Source: Chrysomallon squamiferum (taxonomy: Eukaryota; Animalia; Mollusca). From it: a DNA stretch of 64,000 nt. Positions 26,801-39,608 of this stretch are shown here, piece after piece; within the stretch, counting starts at the first letter, position 1; each line of letters begins with the position of its first letter. The notes under the pieces were generated by a model. It did no database searches. It had not been told where the DNA came from and was given only the letters and a program-made list of their open reading frames with translations. Location: the NCBI GenBank assembly GCA_012295275.1, contig CM022670.1:14694001-14758000 (forward strand). Reading direction: 5' to 3'. The position numbers and the translations under genes are program-made.

Positions 26801-29800
26801 ATAATATCAAACTTCAAATTTTATGCTATTATTTTTTCTTTTTAATGAGTTATGGAAATTTTATATATACACGATGTTTCCTAAAACAATACTAGACATT
26901 ATCTGCACTGTTCGCTGTAACTCTCCTTTGCTTTAAGCACAAAATCTGTCAAAATGGCTGCCATAAGCCTTTTTCATTTTTAACTAATTCAAAATATATT
27001 TTAATTTATTTCCATTCTGCAATACTCAAATGCTAGCAAAATATTTTTTAAATTGAAATCGCATCTTGTGTGAAAAAAATAAGACAACTACTGCTCAATT
27101 TAAAGAGTCATTTTCAAAAGCCACCTCTACAGATGACTCCATCTACTTCTGAGCTGTAACCCACAGGACAGATACACCTGGCCGACCCTTCAGAGTTCTC
27201 ACAGCCATAGTAACATGTCAGCAGGTTAGCAGAACATTCATCTATATCTGTAAAATAAATCTTTAAACAGTTATCTGAAATGGAAGAACAGTTTACTTGA
27301 TATATTTTGTTGTTTTTGTTGTCATTTCAAAAATACTGATTTGCTTGAAAAGGTGACTGATTTTGATATGTTGTTTTTAGTAATTTTAAAATGTTATCTA
27401 CTAGAACATAAATTCAGTCTGGCATGTTCTATAATGGTTTTTGCACATAATGATATCATTGTGTTTTTTGTAGATAATCTCATTTTTAAAAACATTCAGT
27501 ATTATTAATTCAGTTTACTGAAGATTTTCATTACCGATTTTCATCACCTATAAACAATACAGAGTTTCATTAAAAAAAGAAAGAAATGCAGAACTTTATT
27601 AAATAAAAACAAAACGGAATTTTATTAAATAAAAACAAAACAGAATTTTATTACATAAAAACAAAACAGAATTTTATTAAATAAAAACCAAAATTAATTT
27701 AATTAAATAAAAACAGTACAGAATTTAATTAAATAGAAACTAAGCAGAATTTCATTAAATAAAAACACTTTAGAATTTCATTAAATTAATGAACATAATA
27801 TTACTGAAACAAACGATCATTCCTGTATACCTGTGCAAGGAATATTCCTTGAAGGATTTCCAGTGAAGCCTTGGCGACACTGACAGTCGTAAACTGACAG
27901 TGCGATGTATTTTCTGTTTAGCTGTCGTATTTCTGAGTTGGGGGGACACGGATGGCACTTATTATCATACTTGCTGTAATAGTGGTCTGTGGGACAGTCT
28001 AGTTCATTATAAACAGAAATATAAAATTATATTTCATCTTAGATTATCATACTTGCTGTAATAGTGGTCTTTGGGACAGTCTAGTTCATTATAAATAGAA
28101 ATACAAAATTATATTTCATCTTGGATTATCATATTTGCTTTAATGTAGATTTATGGGACAGACTAGTTCATTATAAATAAAAATATAAAATTATATTATA
28201 TTTTAGATTACAAACTAACAGAGTAGAAGTGACAAAAATGCTGTGATGTATTTATCTTCTTAAAGCATTAACATTAATTAATTAATTAATTACATAATAA
28301 ACACAAATTGAATAATTCTTGCAATTCTGCATTTACCTAAATTTCATTTTTCATTTCATGTCCTTTAATAAATAGTTCTCAAATAAATAACAATAGTCTA
28401 TTTTATATTAATTTTATATTAATTTTATATATTTTTAGTGAAAATAATAAATAACTATTACATACTGAATTTTAATCTTTTGACAGAAATGCATGTTTGT
28501 TTATATATATATTAAAGAATGCCATGTTGTTATGAAACAAAGAAAAAAATCACAGGTTAAAAAAAATGCATTAAAAAGCCACAACCATTACAAAGTAGTA
28601 TATTTTTTGGGCAACATGTAGTTGTTTATGTTTTAAAAACTGGATTTACGTACCAAATATTAACTTTGTATCTTGACCTAGAAGATTTATTAATAAAACG
28701 TTACCTGTGCATGTTCGATTGTCTGTATCAATCACCTTTCCGATCTGTGTACATTCACACCTGTACGATCCCTGTGTGTTTACACACAGGTCCTCACAAT
28801 CAGAAAGCCCTTCACTGCACTCATCTAGATCTGTAACAATTTGTTAATAATCTTCCTCATATATATATATATATATATAAATTGTGTGATGTGTGTGTGT
28901 GTGTGTGTGTATATAAATATATATGAGGAAAGTGATTAACAAATTGTCAAATATATGTGTGTGGAGTATAGATATCATATAGATATTTATATTGCATTAA
29001 TTATCCTGTGTTATTATTGTTATTTGTTTATATAGTATATTTTTAAAACAAATAAAAATGTACTGCTTTGATGTATAAGATATGAATAATCTTTTTCATG
29101 CATTATTTTATATTACCATAATATATGATTTTAAAATAATTACAAAATTTTGTCATAGTACTAAAAAAACACACTATCTCTTTAAGATTTACTGATACAT
29201 GTCATCATAATTATTCTAGAAAGTGAGTTTTAAATAATACTGATTAATCATACTAACATATTTACTTTCATTTTGGAGAAAATCTTATCATTCAAACAAT
29301 ATTTCACTGACTAAAAAATAAACCATTGCCAAGATAGAAAAACAAAATGTACAAGTTTCCTAATCTAAGGTGAAATACCTGTAGAAATTAACAAAAACTT
29401 ACCTTCGCAAGTGTCTTTTATCTCTAGCTAATCTAAATGACTTTGTGTCACAGTGGCAGACAAACGAGCCAAATGTGTTCTCACACTTGTCTTCACAGCC
29501 ACCATTATTTATATCACACTCATCCACATCTGAAATTAATATTTTAAATAATACGTAGTTCTTTGTACTTCACAGTCACCGATGTTGAATTTTCTAAATT
29601 ATGCTGTTTTACTATATATACAAATATTACTTAAATTAGTAAGGATTTATTAATTTATTTATTTATTTTATTTATTTAATTTTATATTTATTTTACTTTA
29701 TTTTATTTTTATTTTTTATTATTGTTATTATTATATTTTGTTTCAATTAAGTATTTTTTTTATTTATTTTTTTATTTTTATTATTTTATATTATTATTTG

Positions 29801-31345
29801 GATAGTTAATAAATGGTCAGAGTCTTTTGTAAAGCAGTTATACTTGAGAGAATGACATTTATCTTAGTTAATATGAAAACAGCTAAAATAAATGTTTAAT
29901 AAAAAAAAATAACAGAAATATGAGTTTAACAATAAAATAAATGAAATATGGATTTAACAAGAAAATAATTTAAATTGAACAAGAAAATAACCAAAATATG
30001 TATTTAAGAATAAAATAATACAAAAATAACTAAAGTATGATATTAATGAGAAAATAACTGAAATATGTGTTTCTCACCTTTACAAAACACATCATTTTCA
30101 CCTGGCTGAAAACCAGGATCACAAACACACCTGAACGAGCCTTCCACATTGACACAGTTACCATGACGACACAGAGTCTCTCCATACCTTTCACACTCAT
30201 TGACATCTGATTACAACAGAAAATATACTTCATATAGTTCTGATTACTAATAATAACTTATAATTCATCTACATAATTATTTAAAAAGACAAAAATGTAT
30301 TTACATAATAAATGTTAATTTCTCATTCATAATTAAATTCATTTTCTTTTAGGAATAGTCTGATCAGACAAAATTCATCACAAAATCAGTGCTATTTATT
30401 TTCTGAAAGTGAGTTGTTTAAATTTATTTAATATTAAATACTGTATTGCAAAAGATGTTTTTATTAAAAAAAATAATTGAATAATCAATGCTTTGATTTT
30501 CCCCAATTAATTTGAATTAAGAAAATGTTTTGCTAAGTTTTGTATAATTGTTTTTAAGTTATATTTCTGGGAGAAACCAATCTCTCATGGTATATAAAAA
30601 CAAAATAATGTAAAAGTATGTTTTATTCTCTTTATTTTTCTATTTTTCTATTATCAAAGCTCATTTTGAAGATTACAGAAATGTAAATAATAATAATAAT
30701 AATATTAATAATAAATTATAAAATAAATAAACCAATAAATAGATCTGAATGAATGAGAAAATGTTTCAATAGATATCTATATATATAGATATATATATAC
30801 GTGTGTATGTATGTATTACGTATGTATGTAAGAATGTATGTATGTATGCATGTATGTATGTATGTATGTATGTATGTATGTATATAGGCTCATTCTGTTA
30901 AGGATATTTGATTATGTCACAAATATGTGAATTCCTTGTATTCTTTCAACTTGTTAATTTTATTTTCAGTAATAGATTTTTATAAAAGACTATTCTTGTG
31001 ATGTTGTTTGTCTACTGTATGTTATTAATTTTAAAAATGCCACATAAACAGGGTAGGTAGCATGTTTACTTAGTTATTCACTCACCAACACAGGAATGTT
31101 CATCAGTGTCCATCATCCAGCCCTGTTTCTCACAGCGACACTGGTAAGACCCTCTGTTGTTTATACACAGATCTTCACACCCTCCATTGTCAACCACACA
31201 TTCATCAACATCTGCAAAAACAAAACTTTAATGTGTCAAATTTTAGAAATGTGGCAAGTGTTAATCATATGTTGGGGGGATTTCATTGTTTTGTTTTGAT
31301 TTTGTGGGTAGAAAAAGCAATATAGACTTCATTATTTTATATATA

Positions 31346-31376
<31 letters not shown>

Positions 31377-31880
31377 TGTATGTATGTATGTATGTATGTA
31401 TGTATGTATGTATGTATGTTTGTATGTAATGTATGTATGTATGTATGTATGATAAATTTGGAACTGTGTTAATTTTTAGTTTTGATATCCAAGCAGAAAA
31501 AATTAATTTTGTTACAGATAAGTTCTGGATGTATAAGTAGAACAACTGGAATTTGTTAACTTCTGGATATTCTATCATGGATAATAAACTCACCTTCACA
31601 AAACTGGTTTATGGAGCTTGGCTTGTAACCTGGTATAGTACAGTTGCACTTGAAGCTACCTGGATAATTCTCACATGGACCAGGACATTTATTTAACTCC
31701 AGTTTTGAACATTCGTCTATATCTGAATTAAAATAATAGTCACATTGATTTTTGTCTTTTCAGACCTATTAGTGATAGCATCTTTAAACACATGACCACA
31801 CATATAGATGCACGCACATAAACACAACACACAGGCACACACAAATACCCACTCTCACAAAGAACATGCACAACACCCCC

Positions 31881-31918
<38 letters not shown>

Positions 31919-32207
31919 AACATCAAACATCAAAGATCATACACAACAAACAAATGTACTCACACATGCATATACATTTTCTTAAAAAATCAGTATAACT
32001 TCAATTTTCTGTTTTTATTTTTCACTGGACCATTATATGATAATGAAAATAATCTGATGTGAAAAGAGGAAGAAGAGATTTACCTATACAAGACGTTCCA
32101 TTCATGATAAAACCTGACTGACAAGTACAGAAAAAAGATCCGACTGTGTTCATACAGTTCTGTTCACATCCACCATTCTCCAAAAGACACTCATTAATAT
32201 CTTTTAA

Positions 32208-32240
<33 letters not shown>

Positions 32241-34991
32241 GCATCAATAATAAACTGATAAAAATATTACCTCTGTATATTTTTCACTCCAGTGATAAAT
32301 GTTTTATCTTAATTATTTTAAATTTTTCATTGTTTTGAGAAGAAAAACATCAGTTGGACATCTGTTTTCCATTTCAGAGTGAAAACCAAGAAGAATTAAA
32401 ACAATAATTATTGTTATTATAATTACAATAATACCAGTAACAATAATATAATTTTCAGATTCAAGATTATAAAATTATGTATCCATTGATTTAATATTTT
32501 ATTATTTCCAAATAAAATACAGATTAAAAAAAAAATTAAAAAGACATATTAATATTTAAATATTCGGTGATTTACAAAAAGATTCATACGAAATTGAATA
32601 AAAAATAAACAGTATTAAAAGAAACTTATATTTCATTGATTAAAAGATTATTCAGTGTTACATTTTTAAAAATAAAAGACAATTTGACACATACCGTAAC
32701 AAGATTTGAAGTTCTGTCCAAGGGTGTAACCTTTGTTACAAGCACAGGCAAACCGGTTCTTTTTAGGAATGCAGATGTGTGCACATCCTCCATTTGACTT
32801 CTTGCATGGGTCATTTTCTAAATTTAAAGAGACCCACTGTTAAAGTTGTTTATAAGTAAGTAATAAAAATATCACATGGCTGTGAGGAATGTCATACAAA
32901 GCACAGAAATGGTTTATAAAAAAAATAATCAATAATAATAACACATTATTATATCAGTCTGAATTCATGATGTTTTTTTTTTTTTTTTTTTTAATAATAA
33001 ACTATTTTTCCCTCTTTTAACTATGAACTTTTTGCATTTTTATTTTATTTAATTTTTATTATTATTATCATTTTTTTTTTTTTTTTTTTTTTTTTCTTCT
33101 GTCCAGTGAATATTTAAAAATGTTTGATTTCTTATTACAATTTTATTTAGTTTTGGGTTATTTCTGTGATTTCATTAAATTATTTATAAGATAGCATTAA
33201 CATTAAAAACTATTTTATACCTGATTTAAACAATCGTTTTCTTTGACATAAATGCACCCAATAATTTTTTTTTTTTTTTTTTTTTTTTATTAAATTTAAA
33301 TATGAGAAAATATATTTATTAAAACAATTCATACCTGGAATACCTTTATAATTTCGCTTTTTATTATAAACATAAAGGTTCTGATAAACTTAATTACTAC
33401 GCATTATTATTATTTTTTTTTTTTTTTTTTTAGAAAACCTAATAAATGAAATAAAGTGAAAAATACAAAGTTGCTAACCAGGTCTACAGAGAGGCCTAAC
33501 GACGGCAGTCCAAGCGTAGTTACTGCAGTACAGTTTGTTGGCGTATTTGTTATCCAGTTTGTAGCCGCCGACGCACGTGTAAATGGCAACCATGACGTAT
33601 CTGGAAATATACTTGCTGAAGACGTAGGACGTGGTCATCACCGAATGGGGGAGGGTTGGCGGTTCGATTTGATTCTGTAAGCACGATTCGTCTGCATTTT
33701 GTAAATTGACGTCGTTTTCGTCTATCTTGATGTTTTTTCTCATCTCTTTGCCAACTTTAGCATTCACTACAAAGTTATGGTATGAAAAAGATTTTATTCA
33801 CTGATTTTTCTATTAAAAAAAAAATTAATAATAATAATAATAGTTATGATGAACATAAATAATTATATCCTCATAAGGGAATTAATTGATATATTTATTT
33901 ATCATTAAATTTTATCACAGTGTAATGGAAATCATTCAAAGTTACAATGCACATATTTTTATTTTTATTTATTTGTTTATTTATGTTGTTTGTAACGATC
34001 TCTTATTACATGTAAATTATATTATGGAATTTATCAAACCTGCACAGAACGGAAAAATTCCAGTCCATTTTCCATTTTCACACGTCAGAAATGTTGACCC
34101 TACTAAGTAATAGCCAGGTCTGCACGTGATTTCCGCCAACCCACCATTGTGCTCGATAGTGACCACGCCATGGCGAGGCGGTGAGAACTCTGGACAACCA
34201 GAATCTAACACAAATTTACAAATTACATTAATATACGAAAAACTTATTAAAACTGACTTACCAGTTATACTGGAATTTAATAACACAAAAATCTGTCAAC
34301 ATTGATTTATAAAATATACTGAAATTTAATAAGACAATAATCAATAAATCCTGATCTATAAAGCATATTGGAATTTAATTATATAAAAACTAATTATCAC
34401 AGTTACAGAAGAACCATTAAGAAGTATTACTTTAACACGGATTAAATTAATATTACAATTACACAGAATGTTCTTATATTGCTGATAAAAATATCTCTGA
34501 TTCAAAATAATGTGGTCTCTTTGAGAACCTTTAGACTTTTACGTTTTTGAAATAATAAATTATGGATTTTAATTATTATGATTTATTTTTCTAAAACCTT
34601 ACTGTAGATCTGTTTTTATTTATGAGGCGCATGTTGTTTAGAGCAGGGATCTCATTATTAAACTTAAAGTATAAATGCTTCATTGCCAATTTCATAAAAC
34701 CAAATTAAGATTTCTATTTTATCTTCTAATTTTCTTTGATATAAATACTTGAAATAATCAGTAGTGGTTAATAGAAAAGATTTTTTTTTTTTTTTTTTTA
34801 TGAGGACGTACCAACACATATTGGTGGATCTATGGTCCACTTTCCTGTTTTGATGTCACACGCCCCGTTGGTGTGTCCTATGGCAAAGAAACCCTCCAAA
34901 CAGTGAAATTCTATCAGCAGTCCGTCACCCCACACCTCCGACCACCCATTGTGAATGTCACCTGGATGTTTGCATTTCTTCCAGTTCTTTT
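17897..34991 (-). CDS. Extracellular multidomain protein: 5 sushi/CCP, 20 EGF-like (mostly calcium-binding) and 2 GCC2/GCC3 (ephrin-receptor-like) modules; fibrillin-like by similarity; 5' end unresolved
   Basis: Phase-1 exons on the minus strand. CCP: 34812-~34991, 34040-34204, 33479-33766. EGF: 32695-32817, 32084-32200, 31594-31722, 31086-31211, 30078-30206, 29403-29529 (127 nt, frameshifted), 28705-28830. GCC: 27831-27998. EGF: 27125-27247, 26388-26513, 26008-26127, 25347-25472, 24863-24988, 24313-24432. GCC: 23744-23899. EGF: 23177-23299, 22592-22717, 22089-22208, 21322-21450, 20852-20974, 20303-20416, 19677-19799. CCP: 18882-19079, 18196-18390. Probable last exon 17897-17925. Motifs D[IV][DN]EC...CxNxxGS[FY]xC; AATAAA on minus at 17581-17586. 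Confidence 0.9.
27588..27785. repeat. 26-bp AT-rich tandem repeat (~7 copies)
   Basis: Unit aaataaaaacaaaacagaattttatt. Confidence 0.85.
27961..28206. repeat. 82-bp triplication spanning the acceptor and start of GCC2/3 exon 27831-27998
   Basis: Units begin at 27961, 28043 and 28125. Confidence 0.9.
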
Positions 34992-37223
34992 CTTTAGACA
35001 AAGTAACAACAACAGTAATAGTAGCAAATAAATATAAAAAAAATTAAGATACATATATAATAATAAAAATAATAACAAGAACAACAATATATATTACTAC
35101 TACTACTAATATATATATATATAAAATGGATCTTAAAAGGTTCATGAAATATCAGGTTTTCATGTAATCAGAGAAACAATATAAATAACATTACATTCAT
35201 TTGCACTGATAACACATATTCACTTTACAATGATGCTTTACCGAAAGAAAACCTACGACAACCTTTAAAACAGCAATTTCACTACAGTTCTGATGTGCAG
35301 CCATGTGCAGACATATTACAATTATATAACAGATACTTGAAAGATTATATCCCAAAACGTATCAAATTTTCCGAACGTAGTACCAAAGGTAACTTACCAA
35401 AAGGAGTCAAAAGTACCAGTCTGGTATGAACGTGCCAAAATAGACAGGACTGGCTACGTGTCACACGCCTTATTCAGTCGTTTAGTTATGTAAACATATA
35501 AAGAGGTTTTTCTGGGGTTAAATGAGATCTACAACGCGTACAAAAATACTGTAAATTCCAAGTCATAAGATGCCTCATTTAATTTACGAAAGAAACCAAG
35601 TTTTTCTTTGCATTGCCATCGTTATCAGTGTTAGGTGATTACTGTATCTGTAGTTTCTTATAAATTAAATATGTTTCTGTTTTGCTAATTAACTAATTAC
35701 AGTGATATTTTTTTTAAGGTTTTGAGTTAGGGGGGAAATCAGTGACAACAAAAATTAATAAATAGCCTCACAATCACATGCTGATAATTCAAGATACATT
35801 GAGTGTCCGATGAGTTAGGGATTTTCATAATAAGTATCCATATTTATGACTGGAATAGGAGATTAACAACATTTTAAAAAATTGGGGTTTTTATTGGGAG
35901 GGGGAGTTGTGCTTTCTTTTCTTATTTTAAGAAAAATAAAGAGCTCTTCTTTTTCAGTAATGGATTTGTCATACTGTTCCCAAAGACTGCTCAAATCGTA
36001 CAAGGGCTTTTAATAAGCATTTGGTACATCTGACTGGAGAAATAAAGCGAATGGTAGTGTTGCAGAATTGCATCACTTTTTGAAAGCTCTCTTGGGGGGT
36101 TTGTGCAATGTTTTAAAATTACTTTAAACGGAACGGAAATAAAAGTGTTTTAGATGTTTTTCAAAATGCTGGCGGTTATAACTACTGTCTCATTGGAATG
36201 ATCGTACGTAACAGATAATCAACACGTAATTCCTTTGATAGAAATATATAAAATGTATAAATGCATACCTGCTATTTCTGTGCGTAAATCTTTAAACTCG
36301 AAAGCAAAATCGTTTTTCTCGTTCATGCATATTCTAATGCTATAGAATAATAACAAAATAAATGCAGTCGACTTAAGGCACATTCTGTATTTACTGAGAA
36401 AACTGTTAGATCGGAAGTGCTTGAGTTGCGGAAATGAAAATTACTTAAGCATTAATGCAGTAGTAGTTGGTTGTAGTTTCTCATATTTATTCAGAATTAA
36501 ATAAAGAAACAAATACAGCATTAGATAAAACCATTTCGGGCCTCTAAAACGTTTACAGCTGTGTTTCCAAAATTTCGTGTACATATCTAAATGTAAAAAT
36601 GTCTTTTGTGACTAAAAGAAAACCCGCCATTTATTCTTTCTGAAATTGGTAATTGTTAATAAGGTCAAAATACATTTTTATATTTGGTTCCAGTTACGAA
36701 ATCGTCGTAGCAGTTAAATCCTAGTGGGTTAGCGGGTTTCTTAAATAACTTTTCTCGCCAGATAGACAAAACTTCATATACTTCGAAAGCGTGCGATAGA
36801 CAACTCATAGGAACTAGAAGGAAAGAAGAAAATACCCAATGGGTCTGTCCAAAAGTGGCCACCCTACTAAACTCTGTATAATTGTAATTAAACAAATTAT
36901 TGAATGTCTTGAAAGGAAAAAAAAAAATTCACACGCACAAATCTCGGTTAACATAACCATAACTTAAACAAATGGATTTTTGTAGTCAATATTGTTTTTT
37001 TTTTTTTTTTTTCCTTTTAAAACGGATGCAAAAGATACACGGCGAAAAAGTACAAACGCTGCTTAATTTGTCATTCTCTCACTGATTCAGTATCAGCACT
37101 GTTTGGTGTTGAAAATTGATGTAGTCGTAGTAGTGAAATGTCATTTTAGACGTTCAAAAGACGAGTAAAGACTGCCGCTATATGACATTCAAATTATGCA
37201 TAGCGATTATAAATAGGAAATCT

Positions 37224-37254
<31 letters not shown>

Positions 37255-37423
37255 CCACAATACTAGATATAAAAATATCTCTTTTTTTCAGATTTGCAAG
37301 AACTGATCTAATTGCAGAATAATTGCAAAATATAGCGCAATAATAAACTTTTAAATTTTGTAATAGTCCGCTTAAATGTCGTTTCTATATTTAGCATATT
37401 TTCCTCCCACAATGTCGTATCTC

Positions 37424-37544
37424 ATTGGTCCTTACGGTCCAATGAAATAACACTAGAACTGCGCGGTTTGCAACTGGTTGCCATAATATTAAAGGAGAAA
37501 GTTGAGAACCAAGCTAGTACATTGCGCGAAAATTAATTTGGCGC
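37424..37544 (+). promoter_or_regulatory. RRM1 cell-cycle promoter: two CCAAT boxes and two E2F sites
   Basis: ATTGG ~37424, CCAAT 37439-37443, GCGCGAAA (TTTCGCGC on minus) 37524-37531 and TTTGGCGC 37537-37544. RNR genes are established E2F targets. Confidence 0.8.
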
Positions 37545-37587
37545 TTGTTTGTATTTGCTGTTTGGTAGATCTCCTGTTTTTGCCAAG

Positions 37588-39577
37588 ATGTTTGTAATTA
37601 AAAGAGGTAAATAATTTTAATTAGTTCTATTACGTTTTAACAGAAGTTGTCAGGTTTCAGTTCTGGAAATTATTATTTTAATTTACTTAAGTCATTTCTT
37701 GGATTGAAAGGTTATTTAAATAACCGGAATAAGGCACACGAAAATTTGAAATTTATTTTATTTTTAAAATCTATTTTATTTTTTATGAAGTATATTATAT
37801 TATTTCAAGCAGATGATTTTTCGGTTAGTTAACTAAGCAGGTTCAATCAAACTGAGTAAATTTTCATTGTCGATTTATAAAATATCTTTGTTTCTCTTTG
37901 ACCAGAAGTACAAGGCTTCATAAGAAAGTTGCCGCACAGTGCTTTCAGTTTATATTATTTTTATTAAGCCCCTAACTTTTTCTTATGTGTCACTTATTCA
38001 AATATGATACAAAGGAATAAGGATTTGTCTGTGTGTCTGCAGCATAGTCTTTGCTAACTGATAAAGCAGTGGTCTCCCCAGCATTTGTGAAAGGGATCGG
38101 ATGGCGGGAATTGGCGTAACTGATACAATTACAAGTACTTTGAACAATGTTCAGACTTGTTTGTCAAGAATACTCCTATAAATAATTGGATGGTTTATTT
38201 TCTAGTAATTAAATAAAATCAAAGTGTCTGTTTAATTTATTATACAACACGAACTTCACTAAGTAAAGAGGTGGCGGATATTGCTGCCGTTGCAGACGAA
38301 TAGAGGGCGAACTCGTCGTAAAGGATGGCAGGCCCGACATCTCTTACAGTATGTAGCCATTGTTGGGAGACCTGTACATTTTAAATGTTTTTTTTTTTTA
38401 TTTTATACTGAGTTTATAACTTAACCAGTAGTGTAGGAATTAGACTGCTTTCCAGTGGAAATAGCTAATCACTTACAAGTAGTGAAATATTACCCAAATA
38501 GGTGGGGAGTCAGATACCGTAAAAATCCTCAACTAATACTGGACAGCCTCCTGTCTTAGCTAAATCAGCTGACTACACCCATTGTGACAGTATTATATGT
38601 AAAGGCCAATTTTGCAGAACAAAAAAATAAAATAATAATATATAGGCCAAATAAATTATAAAAATTAATTTGATCGTTCTGATTTTTAAGTTTACTTTTT
38701 TCTTTCTTAAGTATTATATTCTGAAGACTTTTTTTTATATATTTTTTTTTTTTTTATATATATATAATAAAACAGATGTCCAGTTTGTTTATTAGTAGTA
38801 GCAGTAGCAGGGTTTTTTGTGGGGTTTTTTTTGTGTGTGTATTATGGTGTAATAGTGAACTGAAAGTTTTTTGGGTTTTTTTCTTTGAAATCTAGATGGT
38901 CGCCAGGAGAAGGTTATGTTTGACAAAATAACATCCAGAATTTCCAAGCTGTGCTATGGCTTAAACACAGAATTCATTGATCCTGTAAGTATTCATAGTC
39001 AAATATATCTTCTTACATCGTTCAGCAGTAATAAATTAAACGTTCTTTATTTCAAAAACGAATGTTGACATTTTAAAATAAAATTTTAATACTGATTTAA
39101 TTATTTTGTTACTCAAATGATCATCTTTTAAACTTAGTGTTGTCGTATTTTATTATTTGTTTGTTTTCCTTGGTTTAACCATGAGTGACTGAATGCTTAG
39201 TAAGCTGTGTATGTATGTAGCTGTTGTTTTGTTTCAGGCTGAGATAACTTTGAAAGTTATCAATGGGTTGTACCCTGGGGTCACCACCGTCGAACTGGAC
39301 AACCTGGCTGCTGAAACAGCTGCAACGATGACAACAAAACATCCTGACTATGCCCAGCTTGCCGCTAGGATAGCTGTGTCCAATCTTCATAAAGAAACAA
39401 AAAAGTGTTCAGTGGTAAATTCAGATATATACTAATAATAATAGTTAATATTCTCTCTTTAAATTTGCAAAGAATAATAAAAACTGCCCATCTCTATAAT
39501 TTGTTAAAATATTAAGACAATAACACATGAAAAAACTATTCCAAAAAGATAATGTTGTTTCAAGTTTTATTTATGTT

Positions 39578-39608
<31 letters not shown>

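Noticed and set aside
34992-35566. Start codon and signal peptide of the EGF/CCP gene (ATG at 35054 or 35304, or an exon ending at 35398)
   Set aside because: None joins cleanly: 35054 is out of frame, the 35304 exon ends in phase 0 with only a weak acceptor available, and the 35398 exon has no in-frame ATG. Left unresolved.
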